The notes beneath the pieces were generated by a model, which was given only the letters and a program-made list of their open reading frames with translations, searched no databases and was not told the DNA's origin. The translations under genes and the position numbers were made by a program. A DNA stretch of 64,000 bases from IMG/VR virus record IMGVR_UViG_3300020161_000515, positions 14,409 to 78,408 of that record; one strand, 5' to 3'. Positions 19,875 to 29,900 of the stretch are shown piece after piece (the stretch's first letter is position 1; each line of letters opens with the position of its first letter). This DNA is from a virus (Duplodnaviria; Caudoviricetes).

Positions 19875-20934
19875 TAGGATCTACCGTTAAAAACTGTGCT
19901 TCATATGCTTCTGGAGCATGAACATTCCAAGAATAAAAACGTGTTCTATATGTGATAACTGCTAACGAATACGCCATTAATGGATCAGTAGAATATACGT
20001 TTTTAGTGTATTGGTCAAATATTATTCCTTGTAAAGAAACATCTTGCCACTTAACTGAAATGATCTCATAGACAGGTTGCTTGGTACTGGCTGTTCCGTC
20101 AGTAAATGTTATCAGCTCATCTTCTTCTATATTGAATCCTTCTTGTTTTGAACCGTAGTCCAAATTAATAAGATATGAAGTAGTCTCTAAATTTATGTCT
20201 CTAAACGGATATGGGTATATACGAATGATTCCTTTTAGATTTTGATCTTCAGGATTCCAAACAACTTCATATGTGTCAGAAGGTTCCGAATTATTAGTGT
20301 TTCGGATCCTCACATAATCATAATAAGATTCAAGAGTGTAATCATAAGAAATTTTAATAAGATTTTCTACTTCAGTGAAAGAATGCTCTGGAACAATAAG
20401 ATCATACTGAAGTGGTGAGATGCTGAATAAAGGTCTTGCTACGAATGTTCCGTCAGGCTCACATTCAAGTACGCCACCAGCAGCCTCAACTATTTTCTTA
20501 GCTATTGAAATTCTGCTTGAATTAGTCTCAGCCAATGAGAATTTACTTAACGTCCAATCGAGTTGATTAAAGAATGAATCTTTTAATAACCAGTTTATAG
20601 GTCTAAAATCAAGTAGCTCATCAACCACTTCTCTAGCCCTTCTATCTGTTAACAAAGTGTATGACAAAGGTACTTTAAAAGGAGGTTCAAGTAAACACGT
20701 TGAGGATCTTCCTACTATAGTAAAAGAAGCGTTAGCTGGGCCTGATCTATCTAACTTTTTACTCTCTACAATAAATGTCCAGACTTCATCTGTAATCTGA
20801 ATATCAAAGAAGCTTCCTTTATCTATGGAATCGAAGTCGTCAAGATCTCCTACTGTAGCTGTGCATGACCAGTATGGAGAATTTTCGTCAATTGATATTT
20901 CTGCTGACAGAATATTTAGTAATAATGCTGGCAT
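19867..20934 (-). CDS. Putative tail hub/baseplate-hub (Tal/gp27-like) protein (355 aa)
   Basis: ISIDENSPYWSCTATV...WTFIVE...GRSSTCLL...RISIAKKIVEAAGGVLECEPDGTFVARP is a hub-like architecture; position downstream of the tape measure gene. Confidence 0.55.
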   Translation of the reverse strand: MPALLLNILSAEISIDENSPYWSCTATVGDLDDFDSIDKGSFFDIQITDEVWTFIVESKKLDRSGPANASFTIVGRSSTCLLEPPFKVPLSYTLLTDRRAREVVDELLDFRPINWLLKDSFFNQLDWTLSKFSLAETNSSRISIAKKIVEAAGGVLECEPDGTFVARPLFSISPLQYDLIVPEHSFTEVENLIKISYDYTLESYYDYVRIRNTNNSEPSDTYEVVWNPEDQNLKGIIRIYPYPFRDINLETTSYLINLDYGSKQEGFNIEEDELITFTDGTASTKQPVYEIISVKWQDVSLQGIIFDQYTKNVYSTDPLMAYSLAVITYRTRFYSWNVHAPEAYEAQFLTVDPNV

Positions 20935-20935
20935 A

Positions 20936-22312
20936 TTATGGAGTTGTCATAATGATGTTGAAATTATTATCTTCTTCTGCATCGTTAAAGAACTCAGCAT
21001 AGTTAGATACAGGTACTGTGTTTTCAAATGTACTGTTCTCTAGTAAGAACGATGATACATAATTTTTGCAATCATTTAATGACTCTAGAGAACTTGAAAC
21101 TTCTAATGAATCAAAACTTATAGAAAGAAAAGAAGATACATTTGAATAACAATTATTATAGAGAACAATGTTATTTGTGATATGTACGCCACAGGTTGAA
21201 TCCAATATAAATGAAGATGAGACTAATGATGGATCTGAAGTAACAGAAACAAAATAACTAGATAAGCTTATAGAAGAATCTGAAATAGAAGATAATGCGT
21301 TAGCCACCGTCATGGATGAATCTGAAAGGGATGCTAGTGCATTATTCACTGTAACAGAACAGTCTGCTATTGATGAGAAAGCGTTATTAACAGATGACAG
21401 GTATTCTACAAAGGAATACAAGGCATTAGAAACAGGAACAGAATAATTAGTGATTGAGTCTAAAGTGCTTCTGGTAGAAGAAGTATCGTTACAGATTACA
21501 TTAAATATAGAAGATGCAGTAATGGAACATCTATTAATAAATGAAACATATTCTGCGGCAGAAACTGAATAGCTACTGAGTGCTTCTAATTTGTTAGATA
21601 ACTTAGTAGAAGAACCATATGCTATTGCTAAATCATTAAATGATCTTGTAGAGTATGTTGATCCAACACTTAAATCTTGAGTGGCTTTAAACGTATAAGA
21701 ATTTTGTACCAATAATTGAGCTGGGTCTATTCTGTTAGCAAATGTTGAGAATATTAAAACAGGTGCAGAAGTTGGAACTGAGTGCAGATTGAAACAAGTA
21801 AAAGAGTTCTTAATAGACCCAAGAAATGCGTATGATACTTCTAAAGATTTTCTAGGATTATATGCGAAGTAAGAGCTTATATCTAAAGGATTGGCAACTA
21901 CTAATGCGAAGCTATTGTCTGCGTTAAAGATGTTTCTAGGCCACGAAGCTTGCTCGTCCAGCATGTCAAAAGATGATTTAATTTCAAATCTTGTGAATAG
22001 TTCTAGGTACGATCTAGGTTTTTCAAATTCGTAAAATGAAGTAAGATTGCTTTTTAAAAAGTGCGTGTATGCAGGAGCGTTAAAGGAAGCAGCACCTTTG
22101 ACTCTGTATGTTAGTTTCTGAACTAAGAATGAGTCAGTTTTAAATTTATCTGTAAATGATAAAAAAGATGTTGCTTTCATATTTATATTAGGATCCAGTA
22201 AGAAGTCAACATTATTAGATACAGGTGACTCATATGCCTTATCAAAGACAAAATAGAACGCAGAAGTTTCTAATGAATTTTCTGCAACTAAGTATGATGA
22301 GATCCTGTTCAT
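20936..22312 (-). CDS. Ser-rich repeat structural protein (458 aa)
   Basis: N-terminal YESPVSNNVDF motif like that of 5910-13061; ~14-aa repeats such as SVTVNNALASLSDS / SMTVANALSSISDS. Confidence 0.55.
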   Translation of the reverse strand: MNRISSYLVAENSLETSAFYFVFDKAYESPVSNNVDFLLDPNINMKATSFLSFTDKFKTDSFLVQKLTYRVKGAASFNAPAYTHFLKSNLTSFYEFEKPRSYLELFTRFEIKSSFDMLDEQASWPRNIFNADNSFALVVANPLDISSYFAYNPRKSLEVSYAFLGSIKNSFTCFNLHSVPTSAPVLIFSTFANRIDPAQLLVQNSYTFKATQDLSVGSTYSTRSFNDLAIAYGSSTKLSNKLEALSSYSVSAAEYVSFINRCSITASSIFNVICNDTSSTRSTLDSITNYSVPVSNALYSFVEYLSSVNNAFSSIADCSVTVNNALASLSDSSMTVANALSSISDSSISLSSYFVSVTSDPSLVSSSFILDSTCGVHITNNIVLYNNCYSNVSSFLSISFDSLEVSSSLESLNDCKNYVSSFLLENSTFENTVPVSNYAEFFNDAEEDNNFNIIMTTP

Positions 22313-22668
22313 TAAATTGCTTTAGATTTTCCATCACTTTCAATTTCTGTTATAAACATATCTGCCAATTTTTTAGCCGCACTAGGTAGGTAATGTTTGC
22401 CATCTTCGTGAGCTTCTTGAACTTCCGCAGTCCTCATCTTAACTTCAGCCGGTGTGTACGGAGTTATTGACCTACTGGCTGACTTAGCTGGAGGCGGATT
22501 AAATGTCATAGTAGTTAACTTTCCAGTAACATCATCTATGAACATAATTCTGTGAACAACCTCTATATCTAATACTGGGCCGTCATAGTCTGAAGGTAAT
22601 TGATTCTCATGAAACAATCCTTCATTAGTTAAATGCAGTATAGAGTATTTACGTTTGTATTCTATCAT
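22312..22668 (-). CDS. Hypothetical protein (118 aa)
   Basis: Overlaps both neighbours by coupled start/stop codons; no motif recognised. Confidence 0.6.
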   Translation of the reverse strand: MIEYKRKYSILHLTNEGLFHENQLPSDYDGPVLDIEVVHRIMFIDDVTGKLTTMTFNPPPAKSASRSITPYTPAEVKMRTAEVQEAHEDGKHYLPSAAKKLADMFITEIESDGKSKAI

Positions 22669-24731
22669 TGTGATTGACCAAATAAGTCTCTAAGATATTT
22701 TATTTCTTTCTTGCTAACAGTGTTATTAACCGATAGATCAGACACAGTTTCACCAGTAACAGAAAACCCATCAGAAAAATATCTAAACATATATTGAACA
22801 TTATGAGTTGGATCTCTAAACGCAGTTTTAGGAAGAACGTAATTTAACTCATATACAGAATAACGAATGTTGTATGTGACTTTGATACTTCCGGAACAAC
22901 TAACCATTACTCCATTTTTATCAACTAATGCGAACTCATCAGGACGAAGATACTTTGTTCCGGTTATTCTGAAAGTTCGCTTATACCCATCATACTCACC
23001 TTCATACACTTGAGATTTCTTTGCTCCAAATGCAACGTATATCCCACTAGACCCACCTTCTATTGGAACGTCAGGAGTAAAAGGTCCTATAGGACTCCAA
23101 GTGGGATCAATCGGTATAGATTTAAGTTTGCCTGAGTTGGCTGATTTGATTGGTAATGTCTCTGTATATGGTTGAACCTTGTTATAGACTTTAGTGGCCC
23201 TTAAAGATATGCTTTTAACATCACCACCAGAAGTATTTCCAAAGATTCCACTCTTTATACTGTATGCCGCTATGTCAAACTCATACTGACCATATCCTTT
23301 TAAAAGAACATACTCTCTGACCTTAATATCTTTTGGCCCCATATCTTCTATGCGTGATTCATATTCTTCTTTAGCAGATATAGCCTCACACTGAACGACA
23401 TAGTTCTCAGCAACGTAACCTTCTTTCTTCATATCAGGACAACAAGATGAATCTCTGTCAACCTGAACAGTTCCAACAGTTCCGTTTGAGTATTCTAAGA
23501 AAAGCAATCCTTTAGATTTTTCTTCTTTATACTTTCTGCTTTCAGGAGAGTCATTGTTGTCAGGACAATAGTCGGTACTGAACTCTATCAAGTAGTCATA
23601 TCTTTTTGCCGTATATGACACAACAACAGCACCGAAGTATTTTGGTTCTACAATCCAAATGTCTTTGGCTGCCTCAATAGCATTGGTATCTTTGTTATAT
23701 GCAAGACTAGGAGCTCCCATAGAATTGGAATATTCGCCCTTAGTTGGATTCTTAAATTCAACATCTTCAGGATCATAAATAGCATAATACCCAGATCCTC
23801 TGAACTCTGACATATCCTCTATAATAACAGTTCCTTGTGCAGGATGCTGTAACGAAACAGAAGTAGATCCGTTGAAGATTAATGTTTCTTCAAAGTATTC
23901 AGAATAACCACCGTAGTCCTCAGTAGATGCAATAGGGCCTTTGATTATATCAATCTTAGATGCCTCAACTCCATACACATGAAGAACTTTAATACAGCCA
24001 TTTGATGCACCAGAAGAGGTCTGACCTGTAATCATGTTTCCAGATACAGGCTGCGTTTTATCATCAATCTTTTTCTTTTTATCGGAGCAACACTGAGAAT
24101 CTCTACCGCCTGATGCTGAAGAAGCACCATTTGAAAACAGAGCAGTTATGGTAAAATTTGTTTCTATTGGAGCTGTTACACCTTTAGTCTCAGGACATGG
24201 CAATCCATCAAGATTAACAAAATATAAAGTCTTGCTAGTAGAATAAGTAGCTACAAAATTACCATAGAACTTATCTGCATCATTTTCACTTAATGAGATC
24301 ATTCCTCCACTCTTAACAACTGGAGTTACATTAGATGATGATCCTACAAACTTCTTAGTAGAGTTAGGTAATATTTCTTCTTTTATTAATGTGAGATTAA
24401 CTTCTGAGAACGAAACTCCACCTTTTGGAACTCCTGATGTTTGTGCCGTATTAGAACCTGATACAGATATTGTTTCTTTGAAAGATTCTGTTCCTCCACT
24501 AGAATGAGTAAATGATCCATGACCAGAATGAAATACTTGTGACGGAGCTTCTCCATACGAATGAAAGACTGTGACGCATTTGTTCTTAGCAATGGACTCA
24601 GGAATCGCCACTTCTTTAGAAGATGAGTACCCACTTCTTATTGAAGGAACGGCTGATCCTGAGCTTGCTCCTTTGGCACTAGAAGTAAACTTATAGGTCA
24701 AAGAAGCTGTTGCAAACTTATCCTCAGACAT
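22665..24731 (-). CDS. Tail-tip structural protein with three related modules (688 aa)
   Basis: Repeated module ETISVSGSNTAQTS / EETLIFNGSTSVSLQHP / ETLPIKSANSGKLKSIP, each ending VxYx; CCP/CCS linkers; related to 18768-19334. Confidence 0.55.
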   Translation of the reverse strand: MSEDKFATASLTYKFTSSAKGASSGSAVPSIRSGYSSSKEVAIPESIAKNKCVTVFHSYGEAPSQVFHSGHGSFTHSSGGTESFKETISVSGSNTAQTSGVPKGGVSFSEVNLTLIKEEILPNSTKKFVGSSSNVTPVVKSGGMISLSENDADKFYGNFVATYSTSKTLYFVNLDGLPCPETKGVTAPIETNFTITALFSNGASSASGGRDSQCCSDKKKKIDDKTQPVSGNMITGQTSSGASNGCIKVLHVYGVEASKIDIIKGPIASTEDYGGYSEYFEETLIFNGSTSVSLQHPAQGTVIIEDMSEFRGSGYYAIYDPEDVEFKNPTKGEYSNSMGAPSLAYNKDTNAIEAAKDIWIVEPKYFGAVVVSYTAKRYDYLIEFSTDYCPDNNDSPESRKYKEEKSKGLLFLEYSNGTVGTVQVDRDSSCCPDMKKEGYVAENYVVQCEAISAKEEYESRIEDMGPKDIKVREYVLLKGYGQYEFDIAAYSIKSGIFGNTSGGDVKSISLRATKVYNKVQPYTETLPIKSANSGKLKSIPIDPTWSPIGPFTPDVPIEGGSSGIYVAFGAKKSQVYEGEYDGYKRTFRITGTKYLRPDEFALVDKNGVMVSCSGSIKVTYNIRYSVYELNYVLPKTAFRDPTHNVQYMFRYFSDGFSVTGETVSDLSVNNTVSKKEIKYLRDLFGQSQ

Positions 24732-24733
24732 TC

Positions 24734-25738
24734 TTATTCTGACTCGCCTTCAACCACGATAACGAATTTGTTGCCTGTGAAGCTTTGTGTTCCAGCAGGT
24801 ACGATTCGTTTAAACCACAATGGAATTGATTGTGATACCGTCTTGAAAACAATGGTGTCATTAGCAGCGAATGTTCCAGATAGCCCAGCTAGTGGTAATC
24901 TGAAGTACGCAGCAGAATAAGTTGGATTGGTTGGTGCAATATCAGCGGCAGCAGATACAGAACCTAATGATCCAATGGTGTCACCAGAAATAGTAGCCTG
25001 GGTAGCACTTGTGAAAGTGATAGTCCAAGTTTGGTCAATGGTGGCCTTGGATGACAACTGAATAGGATGATCTGTGCTGTTATAAACACCAGCAGTAGAT
25101 GACACTAAAAGATTAGTGATGCTGGTCTCAACGTCACCAGCCTGATAAACTGAAGAAACTCTTGTGTTAGATGATGTGTAAGCACTCACTAACGGAGCAG
25201 CAAGTGTAATGGTTATCAAGTCATCTTGTCTGACTGGGTTGCCATTAACAGCATGATATTCTTCAGTAGTTCCGGCAGTTGTGTCGTCGATAGTTGCCTT
25301 GTTGCTGATTCTTATTAAATCACCATCTTTGAAAATATCAACAGTAGTGCTTTCAACCTGGACTACTATAGTAGATGCTCCAGCAGAAGCATTTGAACTC
25401 AGGTGTCCGCACCCATAAACCCTTTCAGTACCAGTGATAGTAGATTGAGTATCAGTTTTAGTAGCAGGAAAAAAGAAGACCATATCCTGAGCTGGGGTTG
25501 GATTCTCAATATAAACTTTTGCATCTATCATCGGTAATGACTGAACAGGTTCTAACTGAGCGAATATCTTTCTAAACTTTTCAGAACCAGCGGCACGTTC
25601 TGCAAAGGTGATAACCGGAAAGAGTTGGTTAGATGCACCTGATATGATTTGAGTGTTGCTTCGTCTACCACCGTTGCCAGAAGTATCATTGTAGGCTAAG
25701 CTTTTGTAATATTTAATGTCTGTTCTTTCAATTGACAT
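24734..25738 (-). CDS. Conserved phage tail structural protein (334 aa)
   Basis: MSIERTDIKYYKS...GNGGRRS...SNQLFPVITFAERAAGSEKFRKIF and C-terminal IPLWFKRIVPAG match a siphophage minor tail protein family. Confidence 0.7.
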   Translation of the reverse strand: MSIERTDIKYYKSLAYNDTSGNGGRRSNTQIISGASNQLFPVITFAERAAGSEKFRKIFAQLEPVQSLPMIDAKVYIENPTPAQDMVFFFPATKTDTQSTITGTERVYGCGHLSSNASAGASTIVVQVESTTVDIFKDGDLIRISNKATIDDTTAGTTEEYHAVNGNPVRQDDLITITLAAPLVSAYTSSNTRVSSVYQAGDVETSITNLLVSSTAGVYNSTDHPIQLSSKATIDQTWTITFTSATQATISGDTIGSLGSVSAAADIAPTNPTYSAAYFRLPLAGLSGTFAANDTIVFKTVSQSIPLWFKRIVPAGTQSFTGNKFVIVVEGESE

Positions 25739-25779
25739 ACTAACCTCAGATTGTTATTAATTTAATTTAATAATAGATA

Positions 25780-26514
25780 TTAATCATCTATTTCTACTTT
25801 ATAATCTATAAGAGCTGTATAAACTTTAGGATCAATATATTCTTTATACAATTCAGCAACTCTTTTAATTTCAGATTCTTTAGCTTCTTTATAGGCTTGA
25901 AAGGCTAATAACTCGGTTTCAAAACATCCTAAATAAATATTTTCATTATTTATTCTACAATCAGCTCTATATGAATTTTTACATCTAGTATTAATGCTAA
26001 CACCTATTGGAAGACCTCCTCTAGAAGATCCACATTTTGTAAAAAGCTTATTAACATCTTGTGGAACTAAACAACACCTTTCTTTTGAATAAAGTTTATT
26101 GCCTTTTATTAAAATATCTTTATCTAATTGCCAATTTAATAATGAACCTACCATCTGTTCATAATCGTGTGCAAAATTCTGAAAGTTGTACCAAGATTCT
26201 GAAACAAAACAACCTTCGTATGTAGGATGATCTTTTAAAGAAAGAGTATCATAACATCTTTGAAGCAAATTAGTCCAGATACTATAAAGTTTTTTATGTG
26301 AATTTTTTGAAAAATTTCCTACACCATAAAAGCCTATTCCACAAACAGAAGGAAAATAAGGATTTTTTACATTTCCTTTTCTTAAATTACCTGTTTCACA
26401 ATAAGTTTCATAACCATCTTCAAAAATAACTCTTACATTAAGAGCGTTTAAATACTCTACAACAGTACAAAGACCTGAATTTGTTTTAAAAACATCGCCA
26501 ACAGATGGTTTCAT
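25780..26514 (-). CDS. Free-standing HNH-type homing endonuclease with C-terminal AP2 DNA-binding domain (244 aa)
   Basis: YSIWTNLLQRCY...HPTYEGCFVSESWYNFQNF...WQLDKDILIKGNKLYSKERCCLVP, then LPIGVS...YLGCFETELLAFQAY. Visibly more AT-rich than the flanking genes. Confidence 0.85.
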   Translation of the reverse strand: MKPSVGDVFKTNSGLCTVVEYLNALNVRVIFEDGYETYCETGNLRKGNVKNPYFPSVCGIGFYGVGNFSKNSHKKLYSIWTNLLQRCYDTLSLKDHPTYEGCFVSESWYNFQNFAHDYEQMVGSLLNWQLDKDILIKGNKLYSKERCCLVPQDVNKLFTKCGSSRGGLPIGVSINTRCKNSYRADCRINNENIYLGCFETELLAFQAYKEAKESEIKRVAELYKEYIDPKVYTALIDYKVEIDD

Positions 26515-26535
26515 CGTAATACCTATTAATAAATT

Positions 26536-26910
26536 TTAAAGAGTTATTAGTTTTATAGTACCGAAATGATAATCAGATGGTTCTTCACCATCTACGAATG
26601 GTTCAAGCTCAACAGCAGGACTATCTTGATGCCTAAACATGACATTAGCAAAAAACCCATGATACTCGAAAGTATAAGACATTCCTGAAGAGTTTGCTAG
26701 TGCTATTATTGAGTCTACTTGAGAGGCAGTAAGCCAGCCTTGAGTCTGAGTAGCCTGCAACGTGATGTGTCGCCCATTAACAGCAGCAACAGATTGCATA
26801 ATAGTCTTTCCACCAAGAGTAACGACTGAGCCTTGATATACTGGACTATGTTTATGCTTGTCACTCCAGATCATCTCTGGAGGAAGTATTAAGTTTGATA
26901 TTTTTATCAT
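26536..26910 (-). CDS. Putative distal tail (Dit-like) protein (124 aa)
   Basis: First gene after the tape measure; LPPEMIWSD...TLGGKTIMQ...GRHITL...GTIKLIT is typical of short Dit-like proteins. Confidence 0.6.
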   Translation of the reverse strand: MIKISNLILPPEMIWSDKHKHSPVYQGSVVTLGGKTIMQSVAAVNGRHITLQATQTQGWLTASQVDSIIALANSSGMSYTFEYHGFFANVMFRHQDSPAVELEPFVDGEEPSDYHFGTIKLITL

Positions 26911-29900
26911 CTTACGTTCTTCAATACTTTTAAGAGTTCGTGAGCTGTATCTCTATCTGACTTCATAGAGAATGGATTTGGATTATCGCCAACCTTCAAA
27001 TGAACCTCAACAACATCGTGCGAATCGTTTGAGGCTGGCTTAGAAGTCTGAACATATCCACCTGAGCTATAATGTGCGATAGCTCTTGGGTCATAGTTTA
27101 AGCTAGAAGTTACTGAACTCCTAATGCCTGATATTACTCCACCACTTTGTTTAAACTGCAGAACACCATTGTTTAAGGCATCCATGAAGTTGATGCCAAA
27201 CTTGTTAACAGCAGTCTTACGCATTATAAACTCACCAGCCTCAAGCATGGCAGGAACTTTGTCACCATCACCAGCACCAGGAACAACTGAGTAGTTTGGC
27301 TTAGTGAATACGTCTCCACCAGTGGCAAAATGAGCCACCTGCATAGGTTCTATGACACCTCCGAAGTGGTGGCCTGGAGCTCCTGATGAAGTGTATCTAG
27401 TAACAATGTCAACCACCTTTCCACGAATATCATTAATCGCAGATTTAATTCTATCAAGAACTGAAGTAGCCTTATCTTGAACTTCTATAGGAATCTTGGC
27501 ATTGGCAGCGGTAAGCTCTGATAACTTCTGAGCAACCTTCTCAAGTTCTGGTGAAGCATTATCTGTTATAAAAATACCGTTTTCTTTAGTGGCTTGTAAC
27601 TTGGTATTGATGGTAGATAACTTAGTCATTATCTCTTCTGAACCAGGGAACGATACTGGCATATTAAAACCATCAACAGCCTGAGTCACCCATGATTCTT
27701 TTAATGCTGATAACTTTTGTTCTGCTGGAGCTGTATCAGCGTTTATCTTTATACCTTTTTCAGATACATCTGTAAATGCCTGTGATACCTCAGTGACCTT
27801 GGTTTTCAACTGATCTAGTTCGTCTCTTGTTCCAGGTAGTCCTATTGTTCCAACAGGTAGGTTTATTTTAAATTTATCATCAGCATTTACCTGATCTGGA
27901 AGTTGTTTTAATTCTTCAGAAGCCTTATTTACATCAACAGTAGGTTCAATTTTTATAGTAGATGCAACATTGGTTACTACTTCGGTAAGTTCTTCTAAAT
28001 TTGACATTCCTCTATCAATAGCAGCCTTTGGAATTATTTCTGCATTGACAGGAGTATTGATCTTATTGGTAAGCTCTACTAATTGATTACCAACATCCAT
28101 CAAGTTTTGTTGATAGTCTTTTATACCTGAATCAGGTACTGTAGAAGCCTTGCCAAGAAACTCTATAGCCTTAACCTTAACAGCATCTAACGATTGTGAT
28201 AGTCCGTTTTTAACTAAGTCATTATAGGCAGATAATTTTGAGTATGCCTCAGGCGAAACAACTCCAGTTATCTTACCACTCTCTAATGTGGCCTGACTAA
28301 CCCGTAAGTTTCGCATAGCATTATCAATTAATCCTAACTGGTTTTTAAGACTATCAAGGTCAGATACATCAGCTATTTCACCAATACTTATTCCAGTAAA
28401 ACCCATTAAAACATTTTTAGCGAATGTTGCATTACTAGATAGTTTAGTAAATCCATCTAAAGTAGTAGCATCAACCAATGGAGGAACTTTCGGTATTGTA
28501 TCTACTTGTTGTTTTATGGTTGAGGCAAATTCTAGGAATTTCTGCAAGTTTGGATTAATGTCAACTTGAGGTTCTATTTTAATAGTACCCGCAGTCTTTT
28601 CTACCGCTAGAGTTAATTCCTTTAGTTTCTCTATTCCGCCAGTAATATTACTGTCAGGCAGAAAATTAAAATCTGCAGGTTGAGCCAATTTTGCAACTAA
28701 TTTATCAACTTGTTTACTTGTATGCTCCATGCTGTAGTCAAACGATTGAAATGTATCTTGAAACATAGAATCAGGAATCTTAAAGACTTCACCTGTTTTT
28801 ACATCAATCTCAGCTAACGATTTAACAATTCCATTTTTTAGAAGCTCATTATAAGCAGTTAATTTTTCATACTCACCATCTTTTAGCCCTCCAGATATCT
28901 TGAGAGCATCCAGCATAGAGTGAACTTTAAGTACGTCATAGTATGCTGCATCTACTTTAAAAAGTTCCTTCTCAAGATTTCTCCAGCTATTTCCTTGCTC
29001 TTGTATTCCTTGGATACTTATTCCTGTAAATTCTTTAAGAACACCTTCAGCAAACTTAACATCTTCAGACATCTTAGCAAAGCCAGATAATGTGGTAGCG
29101 TCTACTAATTTTGGAAACTTAGGTACATCTAGTATGTTTTTGTTTAGTGTTGTAGTGAAGTTTAAGAAAGATTGTAATGCTGGAGCTGTATCTACTTTAG
29201 GTATGAAAGGTTCAGCTTTCATTAATCCAGTAAATTCTTTGAACTTTTCTGCAACAGGTTGTAATGCCTGAACAAGTGAGTCTGGTGAAACTGGTTGAAT
29301 AACAGGTGGTTCTATAGGCGGTAATTCAACTTTAGGTATCTCAACCGTAGGAGTTATTACCACAGGTGGCACTTCTGCTTTAGGTATCTCTACCTTAGGC
29401 ATTTCTATTTTAGGAGTTATTACTACAGGTGGTATTTCTGCTTTAGGTACTTCAACCTTGGGTATTTCAACTTTAGGTGCTACCACTATCGGTTTATTTA
29501 AAAGATCAGTTTGAGTCTTAAGAATAAGCTCATTCATATCTTTAAGCCTTTGGCTACCTTGTTCTATTCCATCAGTGGTCACGCTAAGGCTTATTGCTCT
29601 ATTTTTAGTATAGTCGAAAGATTCTTGTAACTTTCCTTTCATTATATCTATGACTTCATTCACTTTCGTAAACTCTTTTATGTCAATAGCTCCACTTGAA
29701 AAGTCAGCAGCAAGAGCAGTTTGAACTTTATCTAGATCAGCTACAGCATTTGAAACATCTTGAAGTTGTTTTTCAGCCTCACTAAAATTAGATATTACTC
29801 CTATATTTAACTTATCGTATCTAGTCAAGGCTTGTAAGGCATTATCAAAGGCTCTGGTATCCACCATTGCTTCTTTTAGCTTGGTAGTATCAATGCTGAA

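Noticed and set aside
26515-26526. ggtattac upstream of the HNH gene as a fourth element copy
   Set aside because: Only 8 bp match, no flanking hairpins, and it doubles as the AGGT RBS.
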